64,000 bases of DNA from the human T2T-CHM13v2.0 reference genome, Homo sapiens. Below are positions 26,558-39,806 of this stretch, in pieces. Location: NCBI RefSeq assembly GCF_009914755.1, contig NC_060931.1. One strand, given 5' to 3'. Position numbers and translations under genes: made by a program. Position 1 is the first letter of the stretch. Every line of letters begins with the position of its first letter. The notes beneath the pieces are model-generated. The model was not told the origin of the DNA and did no database searches. It saw nothing but the letters and a program-made list of their open reading frames with translations.

Positions 26558-29500
26558 GGAAGTCAAGATGGTTAAATAGATGGAGCTAGTAATACCCTCT
26601 TCCACAAAAAGGGAACAAAATAGCAAGTATATAACCATACTTAGAATAGATCATATCAGAGAGAACACTGGAACTCAACAGAGAAGTGACCAGAAGCAAC
26701 AAAAGCCAGGGAGGAGAGGAAAACAAAGCAGCCTGTTTGGCCAGGATCAGCTGGGAGTCTGAGCATCTTCCTAAATTGGGAAACAAGTATGTGAGTGATC
26801 CCCAGAAGCCCATATTCCCACCCTATAGATATAAACGGTGAGATAGATTTCAATACCATAATACTTGGTGTCTTTAACACCCCACTGTCAGCATTAGACA
26901 GATCATCTAGACAGAAAATGTACAAAGAAACATTGGATATAAACTGCACATTAGACCTAACAAACATTTGTATAAGATTTCATCCCACAGCTACCGAATA
27001 GACATTCTTCTCATCAGCAAATGGAACATTCTCCAGGACAGACCATATATTAGGACACAAAACAATTCTCAACATATTCTTTTAAAAATCAAAATTGTAT
27101 CAAATGTCTTCTTAGACCACAATGCAATAAAACTATAAATCAATAACAAGGGGACCTTTGAAAACTTTATAAATACATAGAAATTAAATAACATGCCCCT
27201 TAACAACCACTGTGTCAAGAAAGAAATTAAGAAAGAAATAAAAAAAACTTAAATGAAAATTGAAATACAACATACTAAAACCTATGCAAAGCAGCCAAAG
27301 CAGTATTAAAAAGGTAGTTTATAGCCATAAATGACTACATCAAAGAAGAAGAAAGATTTCAAGTCAGCAATGTAATTATGAACCTCAAGGAAATAGAAAA
27401 GGAAAAACCAACTAAACCTAAAATTATTAGAATAAAAAAAATTGGAGTAGAACCAAATGAAATTGAGACAAAATAATACAAAGAATCAACAAAATGAAAA
27501 GATTTTATTTTGCTTTTTAAATTTCAACTTTTGTTATAGATTAAAGGGTACACATGCAACTTTGTTACATAGGTAAAACACATAATGAAGAGATGTTTTT
27601 CTGAATAAATAAAATTGATAAGCTGCTTTCTGGACAAATGAGAGAGAGAGAGACAGAGAGAGAATATCCAAATAAACAATATCAAAAATGAAAATGAGAC
27701 ATTAAAACTTAAACCTCTACAACACAAAATATAGTCAAATGCTATTAAGAACTATATATGCATAAACTGGAAAAACTAGAGAAAATGGGTAAAATGAATT
27801 AGGATGATTACGTCAGGAAGAAATAAAAATCCTGAACAGACCAAAAATGAGATAGATTCAAAAATTCTCAACAAATAGTAGCAAACAAAATCCAACATCA
27901 CATCAAAAAACAATACACCATGATCAAGTGGGATTTATCCCAGAGATGGAAAAATGGTTGAAATCAATAAATGTGATACAACACATCAACAGAATGAAGG
28001 ACCAAAATCATATGATCATCTTAATAGAGCAGAAAAAAAACATTTAATGAGATTCAACATCCTTTCATAATAAAAACTCTCAGCAAACTAGGCATAGAGG
28101 GAACATACCTCAACATAATAAACACTATATATGATAAACCCACAGCTAACCTCACATTGAATGGGTAAAAGTGGAAAGCCTTTTCCCTAAGAACTGGAAC
28201 AAGACAAGGATGCCCACTTACACCACTCCTACTCCACAGGGTATTGGGACTCCTAGCCAAAGTAGCCAGGCAAGAGAAATAAATAAAAGACATCCAAATT
28301 GGAAAAGGGAGACATCAGATTGTCCCTCTTTACTGATGACATAATCTTATATCTAGAATAGCCTAACAGTTCCACCAAAGGAACTCTTAGATCTGAAAAA
28401 TAAATACAGTAAAGCTGTGAGATACAAAATCAGCATATAAAAACTGGTAGTTTTCTATACATCAGTAATGAACTAGCTGAGAAGAAAATCATGAAGAAAA
28501 TCCCATTTACAATAGTTACAAAAAATAAAATAACATATCTAGGAATAAATGAATAAATTTAACTAAAGAAGTGAAAGATCTTTACAAAGGAAACTACAAA
28601 ACACTAATTTAAAAATTGAAAAAGACACAAAGAAACAAAAGGACATCCCATGCTAATGGACTGGAAGAATTAATATTGTTAGAATGACCATACTTTGGTT
28701 GTATTGGTAGAAGTGGAAAAAAAAAGAAAAAACATACTATTCTAAGCAATCTACATATTTATTGCAATCCCTATCAAATCACCAATGTTATTTTTTACAG
28801 AAATAGAAAAAAAAAATACTGAAATGTATATGGAAACAAAAAACAGCCCAAATAACCAAAGCAATCTTGAGCAAACAGAACAAAAGCTGAAGGCATCACA
28901 CTACCTGATTTCAAAATACATAAAAAGTCTATAGTAAGCAAAACAGCATGGCATTGGGATAAAAACAGATGCAGAGGCCAATGGAACAGAATAGACAATC
29001 CAAAAATTGATCCATATATTTAAAGCCAACTAATTTTTAATAAAGATGCTAAAAACATACATTGAGGGGACAATCTCTTCAATAAATTGAGCTAAGTAAA
29101 TTGGATATCCACATGAAGAAGAATGAAACTGGACCCCTATCTATCACTGAATTAAAAAACATCTTCTCAAGAGGAATTAAATATATAAACATATGACTTG
29201 AAACTATAAAGTTACCGAAAGAAAACATAGGGGGAAAAAAAAACAAGGGAAAACCTTGGTCTAGGAAAATGTTTTATGGCTAAGACTTCAAAAGTATAGA
29301 CAATCAACACAAAAATGGAAAAACGGGTCTGTGTTAAACTAAAAAGCTCATAGTAAAGGAAGCAATCAATAGAGTGAAGAGACAACCTATAGAATAGGAA
29401 AATAGTATTTGTAAACTATTCATCCGGCAAGGGACTAATATCCAGAATATCAAAGAACTCCAGACAAGGATATTCAACATGACTCAAAAGTAAAAGAACC

Positions 29501-30675
29501 TAATAATCTCACTAAAAGGTAGGCAAAGAACATTGATAGATATTTTTTCAGAAAAAAAAGACGTACAAATGGCCAACAAATCTATTAAAAAATGCTCAAC
29601 ATCACTAATCATTAAGGAAATTCATATCACATCCAAAATGAAAGATTATCTTACCCCTCTTATAACAGCTACTATTAAAAACCGGCGGGGTTGGGGGAGG
29701 TGGAAAGAGACAGCATGCTAGCAGGGATTCAGAAAATAGGGAACTCTTATGCACTGTTGGTTGAAATGTAAATTAGTACAGCCACTATAGAAAGCAGTAT
29801 GGAGGATTTTCCAAAAAACTAAAAGTAGAAATACTATACAATCTAGCAATCCGCTACTGATATTTATCCACAGAAAAATAAATCAGTATACCAAAGGGAT
29901 ATCTGCACTCGCCTATACTTGTGCATTTGTTGCATCACTATTCCCACTAACAAAGATTGGAATCAGCCTATGTGGCCATCAAAGGAGAGATGGATAAAGA
30001 AAATGTGGTATATATACACAATAGAATACTATTTGGAGATAGAAAAGAATGAAATTCTGCCTCTAATAGCAACATTGATGGAACTGGAGGTCATAATGTG
30101 AAGACAAATAAGCCAGATACAGAAAGACAAACTTTGCATGTTCTCACTCATATGTAGGAGCTAAAATGTTTATCTCGTGGAGTTAGAGTTGAATGATAAG
30201 ATATTAGAGATTGGGAAGTATGTGAATATTGGAGGGGTAAATATTGTGTAAAGAGGCTGGTCAATGGTTACAAACATACAGTTTGATAATAGGTATAAGT
30301 TTTAGTGTTTGATAGCAGAGTAGGATGAATATAGTTAGCAAGAAGATATTATATATTTCAAAGTAGCTAGAAGAGAGAACTTGTAATGACCCCAAAATAT
30401 AGAAATGATAAAAACCCCACATACCCTTGATCATTACACACTCTATGTGTGCAACGAAATATCACACGTATCCCACATATATATCCCATAATATATCCCA
30501 TAATATATCCCACATACATATATTCCAAAATATATCACATATTTATATATATGAGATATATATACACCATACATGTTAAAAAATTTAAAAAATAAAAAAT
30601 AAATATAAAAAAATAAAATTTAATTTAAAAATTAGATTTATTTAATTAAAACATTAAAAAAATAAAAAATAAAAA
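26558..30675 (+). mobile_element. L1MA-type element: short 5'UTR joined directly to ORF2, then 3'UTR and A-rich tail
   Basis: caagatgg 5' start. The ORF track shows degenerate EN (GVFNTPLSALDRSSRQK) and C-terminal (WIKKMWYIYTIEYY) motifs, followed by an MA-type 3'UTR. Confidence 0.85.
27505..27583 (-). mobile_element. Very short antisense L1 3'-terminal insertion (L1PA16/PB-like)
   Basis: tttcaacttttgttatagattaaagggtacacatgcaactttgttacataggta, with a TSD-like pair aatgaaaagat/aatgaagagat. Confidence 0.7.
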
Positions 30676-31439
30676 CTCAGTCCACAGGAAATTTGTAATA
30701 TAGGGACATAATATGGTAATTTCTATAATAACAATAATTGTAAAATAGTCAGCATACTTTTGTTTACTATATTTCAAGGTTTTGAAAATCATTTTAGATG
30801 TATAGTATATGTTTCTATCTTCATGCTGCCAAAAAAGGTATTCTATGATATTATAATTATTCTCATATTATGGGTGGGGGAACTACAATGTTTAAAAATT
30901 CTTCTAGAGATTGGTGGCAATTTTAAAGCTTTAACCCACACTTGCCTGACAGCAAATCTATGGACTTTGTCTCTAGTCAAAGAAGATATAAATTTGAGAT
31001 AACGGAAATAAGATGAACTTCAGACTGTTAAATTTAAAACAATCCACATAGTACTTATATGATTAGACATATGAAACAGTAAATAAATTAATCTCTGCAA
31101 ACTCTAATCAAGACCATCAGGGAGTCAGGATTTGCATGAATGTAGTTAGTCCTAAACATTCTCTTTTTGAAAGTGACTCTGGGCAGGGGGAATGAAAAAG
31201 AGGTACTCAGCCTGGAATAATACAAAGAATTCCCAAGTGGATAGAAATTAGAAGTGCCCAAAGGAGCATTGCCAAGATTAGAGGGTGTCACATCAAGGAC
31301 ACAACCTGTGGAGACAGGTGTATAAAAACATTCAAGCCTGCTGCCTTTAAACATGTGATACATAACTGTTAACTGATTCCAGGATCACACAGAAACTTAA
31401 TTATGTTTTCCATGTACCATGACAAAAAAAATTCTCAAC

Positions 31440-31862
31440 TGTTTCTCTTATAAATGACTAAAATGTAATTGAAATTGGCTTAGGGAAAAAGAGAGTTAAT
31501 GGATTCGTGGAACCAAAACATCCAGATGAGTAGAATATCTATAAATCTGGATGAGTTCAATCACTCAAAAGAAGTTATCAAGACTTATCTGTCCACCCCG
31601 GGGCTTTGCTTTTATCTATATTGGCCTCATCTCAGGCTGCCTTTTCTTTATTGTGGCAATAATGTCCTTTGACAGCTTCAGAAAGTCTTAGGATCGAAGA
31701 TGCCTTCATCTATTTTAGGTCATGTGTCTAATTATGAAGGCTTTGTCTCTGTCTCATCCAAAGAACTATTAGGCTTAATTTTCTAAAGTGGAACTGAAGT
31801 GCTTTAACTAAAACCAGGATGAAAGGAATAAATGTAGACAAAGGCAAAATATGTCTGCTACA
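31440..31862 (-). mobile_element. Old MLT1-type MaLR LTR relic
   Basis: Degenerate similarity (attggcttagggaaaaagagagttaatgg). Confidence 0.4.
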
Positions 31863-31999
31863 GCATGACAATTTTATTTTTCATTATGATTAATAAAACA
31901 CTATTATGCAATATGACCATCCATTTCAATGAGCAAGATTAGCATGATTATCTGAAAAATGAAGTGCATTTAAGATATCACCAAGATCAAGTTGGCTAC

Positions 32000-32468
32000 T
32001 GTGTCAAACACTTATTATACCCCATCCCCTATCTTCTTAGATCCCTGTTTACTCAAATCATTGGTTCTTCTGCTCATTCTGCATCATTTGCTTTCTGTTC
32101 TGGGGCTTCATTGACGTAAGGTCCGTGAGATCCCACTGGTCACTTTACATACGTGAGCCTGGAAGTGTAAAGAACGTGACTCCCCGTAGGGCATCCCTGA
32201 GCAATGGAGCAGGGAAGCCTGTAGATAAACACTCCCCTCTTTTGTCCCTCACGTGGACAATTCTTAAGATCCCTGTGGGACTCAGCCCAATTACCACCAT
32301 GGTGACAAGTTTTTTAGCATACCCTTGTTTTGATTGGCGTTCCCTCCAGTTTCATTTTTCCCATTTTCCCCACTCTTGTTCCCTGGAATGACTTCCCAAA
32401 ATAAACTACCTTCACAAAAGCCATTGTTTCAAGTTGTTCTCTTTGAGGGAAGCCGAGACTGAAAGAGC
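32000..32468 (+). mobile_element. LTR16-family ERVL solo LTR
   Basis: TG start, gtgagcctggaagtgt, and 3' cttcccaaaataaactaccttcacaaaagcc...gggaagccgagactgaaag. Confidence 0.7.
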
Positions 32469-34946
32469 CAAATGTTAAATTTTGCAATAAGCCTTCACAG
32501 ACTAAACATAGGTAACATTTCTTTAGGACATACATGGTACCAGACTCTTACTAAACACTTTGTATATTGTATAATCACTTTTAAACTTAAAAAAAAAACA
32601 CCCTTCAAAACAGATATCGTGATTCCCATGGTGAAGATGAAGTACCATAGTTGAGGAAATATTATACTCACTAGCAGGTGCTGTTGTCAACATTTCCAGT
32701 TTTTCTCCTACCAAACCAATGACAGGATTTATTTCCCTGCACTTTGTGAAACTGGGCGTGGTCATACTAAGGATGGAAGACATTAAAAACCAATTTCTGA
32801 GTCTCCATATTTGCTTTCCTCTGCCACATTGCAGAGGTGAAGACTCTATTATTCTGAGTGTCACTGAGATGAAAGAAACAGATCAGACCCTCTAGACGAT
32901 CTGCTATGGGCATAAAGTATGAGATAACAAATGTTTATTTTTTACGGCCACTAATATCTGCAGATTATTTCCTTAACTTAGATTCTCTTGAATGGGGTAG
33001 GAGTTCGAACTCCAATAATCTGAATCTAGAAATTATTACACCAACTTAAAAACCACATAATGTAATAACTATATAATTATTGTAAACCTTGAAATAAACA
33101 CAGCAATGTAAATAAAATTTAAGTAGCTAAAAAAAAGAGACTTGAAAATGTTCCCAAAAGATGGAATAGTACAGTGCTAGACCAGAATCAAGAATGTGGC
33201 AAGATTAGCATTTAGAAAGCTGATTATACAGGTGGAGCTAAAGGTTTGTTTAGGGGAGTAACTAAATTACCCTTGGTGAGCTTGGTGAGATAGGATTGGA
33301 GCCAAAACAGGAAGGAAATTGGATGTCAGACTAAAAATTTTTTTTAATTTAGGAGTTCACGTGAAGCTATTAAAATACATTATGCAAAAAACTAAGTATT
33401 GTGAAAATACTGAATCTGTGTGAGACATGATTGAAGAGTGCCTGAAGAAAATTCACTTGACTCTAATGCATAAAATGCACCAAAGAAAGTAAGAGCAAAT
33501 ACAAGGAGGAAGAGAAGGAAGAGATGAAAAAGAAAAGAAGAGCAGATACAATGAGGACATGTAGGAATAAAGTCTGAAATATGCTTCTAGCAATTAGAGC
33601 AGAATTATTTAAAAGGGAAACATGATGGTGCTTTTCTATTGAGTGACTACGGGAGAAGAAAGGTGGTCACAAATTATAGATGACTCAAGAGTTAAAGCTA
33701 AGTGGTTAGAAGTCAAGGGTGTTATCATTACAAATATTAGGATCCTAGAAGGAGGATAATAGAGGATTAGAAATGAAATAGCTTGAAAATTCTCAATTGA
33801 AGCTCAGGACGATAGTTAAGACTAGAAGTATAGAATTATTTTTTTTCACACATTGTCTGACACAGTGCCTGGATTTTGGGACTGTAAATCTTATTTGAAT
33901 GAGGGAAGTAAGAATAAATAAAAGTAGGTAATTTTTTTGAAGAAAGAACTATTTTGCTTCCCATAAACTCTGAAGGTATGAAATATGATGTACGCTGTTA
34001 ACAGGTAGAAATGGTTTTCCTGATTTGCTCATGGTGGTCTCTAATTTCTAATTTCAGGTTAGCATATATATTGGTCTCAATCACTGAAGACTGAGAAAAC
34101 CAAAAAGCAGCTCTATTTTTTTTTTTACTACTGCAGCAACCATAAACCATCTAAAATTGTAAGAATTCTTCATATTAAAAACTATATCTTAATTGTGTAA
34201 ATGTCATAGCTATTTCTTGGCTATTTTGTATTTAAATAACATTTTCTGTTTCAAATTTTATGTGAGGAAAAATCCTGCTAATACTTAAATACTTTTGTAG
34301 TTAGAGTCAGTCTTAAATGCTTGAAAATTATATTAGTAAAAAAGAAAAGGATAACAGAGAATGTCAATACTAGTGGACTGTGGAAAGAGGGATTAAAACA
34401 ACACAAACCCATATAGGAAACCCTCAACTGAAGCTCAACATACACTCCTTTGTTTTCCCTTTGTCCTATGGAGGGCCAGAAACCTCACCTCCCATTAAAC
34501 AGCGAATTGCACATGTCTGGAGACAGCCTACATAGATCTCCCCAGGCTCCTTTCACATTTGTCCCTAGAGAGAAAAACAATAATTAGGCCCTGCTCAAAC
34601 AGGCACCCATTAATCTTTTCTGGAAAACAGCAATTTGCAATCATCAGGTGCACATTGAAATCTTATATAAGCAGTTTTAAAACATATTTCTGGAATCCCT
34701 GAAAAAATACTATCATTTGGATCTTCCTTACTCTAATTAGGTATTTACTTGAGTAGTCATTTAAAAAGATAAGGTGCAGAGGCAGTTGTATTTTAGAAAA
34801 ATGGGACTATTTTGCCTCTTTAAAATTACTTAGTTATATCTAAAAGGCAAGAAAAAAATTTATGTCTAATCTTTCATATCCCAAATCATAGAGAAATTTG
34901 ATCAATAATTCTCAATAATTTCTATTATTGAGACAAGAAATGGGAT

Positions 34947-35520
34947 TGCAGGGGCCAAGGAAAAACTCTCCCTTCACTCACTGAAGATTCACTGAAAAAT
35001 CAACTCAGAAAAGGTAGATTAATAAGAAAAAAATGAATACTATTTATCAATGCATACATGGGGAGTATCACAAAGTCATTACTCAATCCCCCAACGTGGT
35101 GCAGAAGCTTATGTACCATCCTGAGGTTACAGAAAAGGTGGAGTTCAGAACATGACCCAAAATAGATTATGATGATAAATCAGGTCATAGTGGCAAGACC
35201 GGAAGGGAGAGAAGAGGAGCACCTTGGCTAGCAAAGGAGGTGTTATTATGTAGATGAAACCTCACAGGTAGCAGCCCTCAGAGAGAATAGACAGCAAATG
35301 TTTCTTTCAGATTTTAAGGTGTCAGACTCTCTGATCGTCTCTCCCACATCTGCCCAAGAAAAGGCCTAGCCGCATCAATACAAATTCTGTACAGATGCAA
35401 ATTTTCTCCCCAAAACAACAGCTTTGCAGGGCTATTTCTGTTCGCTGGTCTTAAACTGCCATCTCAAAATATATATGTAAAAGAAATATATTTTGGGGTA
35501 AAATATTTTCATTTCCTTCA
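34947..35520 (-). mobile_element. MER34-family ERV1 solo LTR
   Basis: TG...CA termini. The end aaatatattttggggtaaaatattttcatttccttca is the reverse complement of the MER34 5' end. Perfect 4-bp TSD GGAT at 34943-34946 and 35521-35524. Confidence 0.85.
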
Positions 35521-35792
35521 GGATAATTGTACAAGGTGCTAATAATACTGAGATGAGAGAGGATGATACTCTCAAACTCTAAGACTTCACAATGAAGAAA
35601 TGTAAGGTCAGGGCTAAGAGGCTACCAAAACTCACTCAGGGGAATTTATGTCACTGTTCTAATATGTTTCATCTTCAGTTTTACAATAAAATTGGAGGAG
35701 GAAAGGATTCACTGAATAAACTTTTATATCTTTTAGTGCATCAACTAGTACCTACAGTTCAAATTTAACATAATTATGCCAAAGTTACATGG

Positions 35793-36410
35793 CAAAAGAA
35801 ACAAAAATATTTGACCCTAAAATATGTCTTTTTTTTTTTTTTTTTTTTTTTTTTACATATTTTGAGATGCCTATTCAGAGAACTTGCAGACAACAGTAGC
35901 CTAGTGAATCTGCCTTTCGCGGAGGAAAATTGCATCTGTAGAGGAAATATAGTGAAGTAAACAGACACAATTGAGCTTTCTCTGAGGCCATCCTGCGTCT
36001 GGATATAGGAAAGATTAAGTGAAAGCTTGACATCTCTAAAAATCTGACAGAGAAAGATTAAGCAGAGATCACTATCTATTGTTTCTGAGGGCTGCTATCT
36101 ATGAGGTTTTATGTTCCTAACAAGATCACCTTTACTACCCAAGCCTCCTCTTCTCTTCCTCCAGTAACGTGTCTGGCCACTATAACCTGTCAGGCTTCTC
36201 TCTAATCCCCTATTCTTTCTGTAACCTCTGGATAGTATAAAAGTATCAACCATTTGCCTTTCTTTGAGTTTTTGTATTTTGTATGACTCCCTTGCATATG
36301 TGTGCACATAAAATATGTGTGCCTTTTTTCTATTAATACGTTTATTATCAGTTTGTTCTATAGACTCACCTTATCAAACTTTCAGGGGAAAAATTGGAAC
36401 TTCCCTATAA
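35793..36410 (+). mobile_element. MER34-family ERV1 solo LTR with an internal long T run
   Basis: aaaatatttgaccctaaaatat...acatattttgagatg and gagggctgctatctatgagg. 4-bp TSD ATGG at 35789-35792 and 36411-36414. Confidence 0.8.
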
Positions 36411-36451
36411 ATGGTCAAGTAGGAGACACACCAGAGTGGAGGCGTGAGATC

Positions 36452-37035
36452 TTCGTTCTAGGTGCCATCCAAAAGACCATCAGGATAGCTAAATCATAGA
36501 AAGAAGAGCTTTTTTGGTGATATTCGTTTACAAATCACAAAGAAAAAGTCTTTGATATGGGCTGAAGGTGCTCTCTCTTCAAAAAGGGCCTCATAGGGCC
36601 TATATCACACAATAGAGTCATACATATTTAGCAAGTTTGGGGGAAAAGTTTTATGTCTTTCTGAGGGAAACCAAGCACATGCACAATGAGTAAACATAAC
36701 TATGACATACTTTCCATGTTCACTTTGGAGCAGAGTGCTGGCATAAAAATGGATGAAATTTGTCTCTTTACGTCAAAAGGTGAGCTATAGGACACCAAGA
36801 CCATTTGTGCACAGCCCCTATAAGCTTGCTGAAACTGGTTTAAGGTCTGTTATTGCTTATCAGCAAAGATTGTAAGGCCAGTCCTCTGTCTAGTCAGGGT
36901 TGTAGTAGTGGTCTGGTTTATAAATTAGAGTTAGGAAGAATCTGATATCTCCTATTGTTAAAGAGTTTACAACTGTAGAAATTTAGGAATTTTCCAAGCC
37001 AACTAGGCCCTAATTTTGATCTCAACTCACGTAAG
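36452..37035 (-). mobile_element. ERV1 (MER4-group-like) LTR inserted in a MIR
   Basis: agcacatgcacaatgagtaaacata and tttacgtcaaaaggtga motifs. Subfamily is uncertain. MIR core-like sequence follows (ccttaagcaagacattt...aatttcttcactggaaaa). Confidence 0.6.
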
Positions 37036-37130
37036 TTTCCCTCTGCCATATCTCACTATGTCTGTCACCTTAAGCAAGACATTTAAAATAATCTCACCTT
37101 CCTGGGAGTGAATTTCTTCACTGGAAAATT

Positions 37131-37265
37131 TATATATATATACACACACACACATAAATATATTATAGATAATATAATAATGTGTATATAATATATATAT
37201 AGACACATATATATGTGCATATATCTATGTGTCTGTGTGCATGTCTGTGTGTGTGTATATATATA

Positions 37266-37295
<30 letters not shown>
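37131..37295. repeat. Compound TA/CA/TG microsatellite adjoining an Alu tail
   Basis: Directly visible. Confidence 0.9.
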
Positions 37296-37311
<16 letters not shown>

Positions 37312-37592
37312 GAGACGGGGTCTTGCTTCATCACCAAGACTGGAGTGCAGTGGCCTGAATAGGTCTCACTGCAGCCTTGACCTGCTGGGCTCAAGAGGTC
37401 TCTTACCTCAGTCCCTCAAGTAGCTGGGAGTACAGCCGTGTGCCACCACACCCAGCTAAATTTTGTATTTTTAGTAAAGACGGGATTTAGACATGTTGCC
37501 CAGGCTGGTCTCCAACTTCTGAGCTCAAGCGATCTGCCCGTCTTCGCCTCCCAAAGTGTTAAAATTATAGGCTTGAGTCATGGCGCCTGGCC
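37296..37592 (-). mobile_element. AluJ
   Basis: ctcactgcagccttgacctgctgggctcaag, T tail, and flanking atttatat repeats. Confidence 0.9.
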
Positions 37593-37795
37593 CAGAGATT
37601 TATATTAAAGTGATCACATATTTTTTTTTCTCAAAGGGCCAAATATTATATTATTGATTTTTTGTCGATGTGTAATATTTGGGATAATTTTGGCTCCCTA
37701 ATCAAGTTGCAAATTATTAAACAATGAAAATAGGACCAAAAAAAACTTAGTAGTTTTTTAGTACAAAATGGAAATCTTTTCTTAAATATCTACAA

Positions 37796-38018
37796 AAGGG
37801 ATGTCCAGTCTTTTGGCTTCCCTGGGCCACATTGGTAGAAGAAGAATTGTTTTGGGCCACACATAAAATATACTGATAGCTGATGAGCTAAAAAGAAATA
37901 TCTCAAAAAAAAAATCTCATAGCATTTTTAGAAAGTTTATGAAGTTATGTTGGGCTGCATTCAGAGCTGTCCTGGGCCATATGTATGTCGCCCATGGGCC
38001 ATGGGATAGACAAGCTTG
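37796..38018 (+). mobile_element. MER30 (hAT-Charlie MITE)
   Basis: tgtccagtcttttggcttccctgggccacattgg...gacaagcttg, with an 8-bp TSD-like pair atctacaa/atctactt. Confidence 0.9.
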
Positions 38019-38170
38019 ATCTACTTGAAGAAAAAAGATGATTCCAGTAGCTCTTACTAAACACTTCACAAATAAGAGAGTATTTACCTGCAAGAGACAA
38101 ACCACAAAAAAAAAAAAAAAAAAAAAAAAAAATCAAGGAAATTATGTGAAGTTCTCTTGCCCTAGTGATT

Positions 38171-38574
<404 letters not shown>

Positions 38575-39470
38575 TAGCAAGAACAAATATAGACTTCCTG
38601 TAGGAAAAAAGAGAGATATTTGTCAGACCTAACTTAATGTGTGATTATTTGATGGGTTTCTTACTAAGCTAAACCACAGGAAGAAAAAAGAGGGTATTAA
38701 GGAAATTAATGCACCTCTCATATTATTCTCCTAGTGTTTCATTCTATGTTGACAAATCTACTGTGAAATTTAGAACAGAATATATCCAAGTTTAATGCAG
38801 AATTTTAGGTAGCAATACAAAATTTGATAGCAATGGAAAGTTAATATAAGCATTTTTAAAGGAGTCTGATTTGTTATGATAGTCATGGTACAACTCAGTG
38901 AGGTTTACCATATGAAAATTCTGCATTTGCCATTTGAATTTTGACAAGTGCCTAAAAATATGATTTTATTATGACTACAATTCTCATCACTTCTGGGTAT
39001 TTTAACCTTGCATTTCATTATTTCTAATGACATGGGTGGCTACATAAACCAGAAACATATGAGAACCATGAGCTCCAAAAGAAAGTACAAATCTTAACAT
39101 AGGGTTATTTACTTCTATTGGAACTAAGTCGCAAGCAAGCCCTAGCTTGGTGGTCTCCAAAAAAGGGTTTTGGAGCCCTGCATTTGTTTTATGGAACTCA
39201 TATAGAATGTCAGACAAAATTACCAAACTAAAATATTAGAGTCTTTAAGCAAAAGTTAGAGTTAAAGAAGGCCAATTTGGAAATTAGGGTCTAATGGGAC
39301 TAATTATATAGCCTGGTCTTTTTGCCCTAGTTACAAAGGCTTATAGAAAAGGTACTCACCAATGTATCAAAACACAGAGGTCAGTTAAGCTACAATAACA
39401 TATTTAATCTGAGCAGATGCGTTATCATTTAAATATTGGAAAATAAGATACCTGGGGAAAGAATTATCTG

Positions 39471-39526
<56 letters not shown>
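39471..39526. repeat. (TATC)14 tetranucleotide STR
   Basis: Perfect repeat, directly visible. Confidence 0.97.
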
Positions 39527-39527
<1 letters not shown>

Positions 39528-39544
39528 GTAGTATTTAGGCAAAG

Positions 39545-39547
<3 letters not shown>

Positions 39548-39577
<30 letters not shown>

Positions 39578-39707
39578 TGTCATATATAGAGAGTATATAT
39601 ACTCATATATACATATATACACTTATATATACATGTGTGTATATATATACGTGCATATATATACACACACTCATATATATGTGTGTATATATACGCCTGC
39701 ATATATA

Positions 39708-39788
<81 letters not shown>

Positions 39789-39806
39789 GCACACACACAT
39801 ATATAT
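39548..39806. repeat. Compound alternating purine-pyrimidine microsatellite (TA/CA/TG)
   Basis: Directly visible. Confidence 0.95.

Noticed and set aside
34947-36410. Two LTRs of a single provirus
   Set aside because: Opposite orientation, separate TSDs and no internal sequence.
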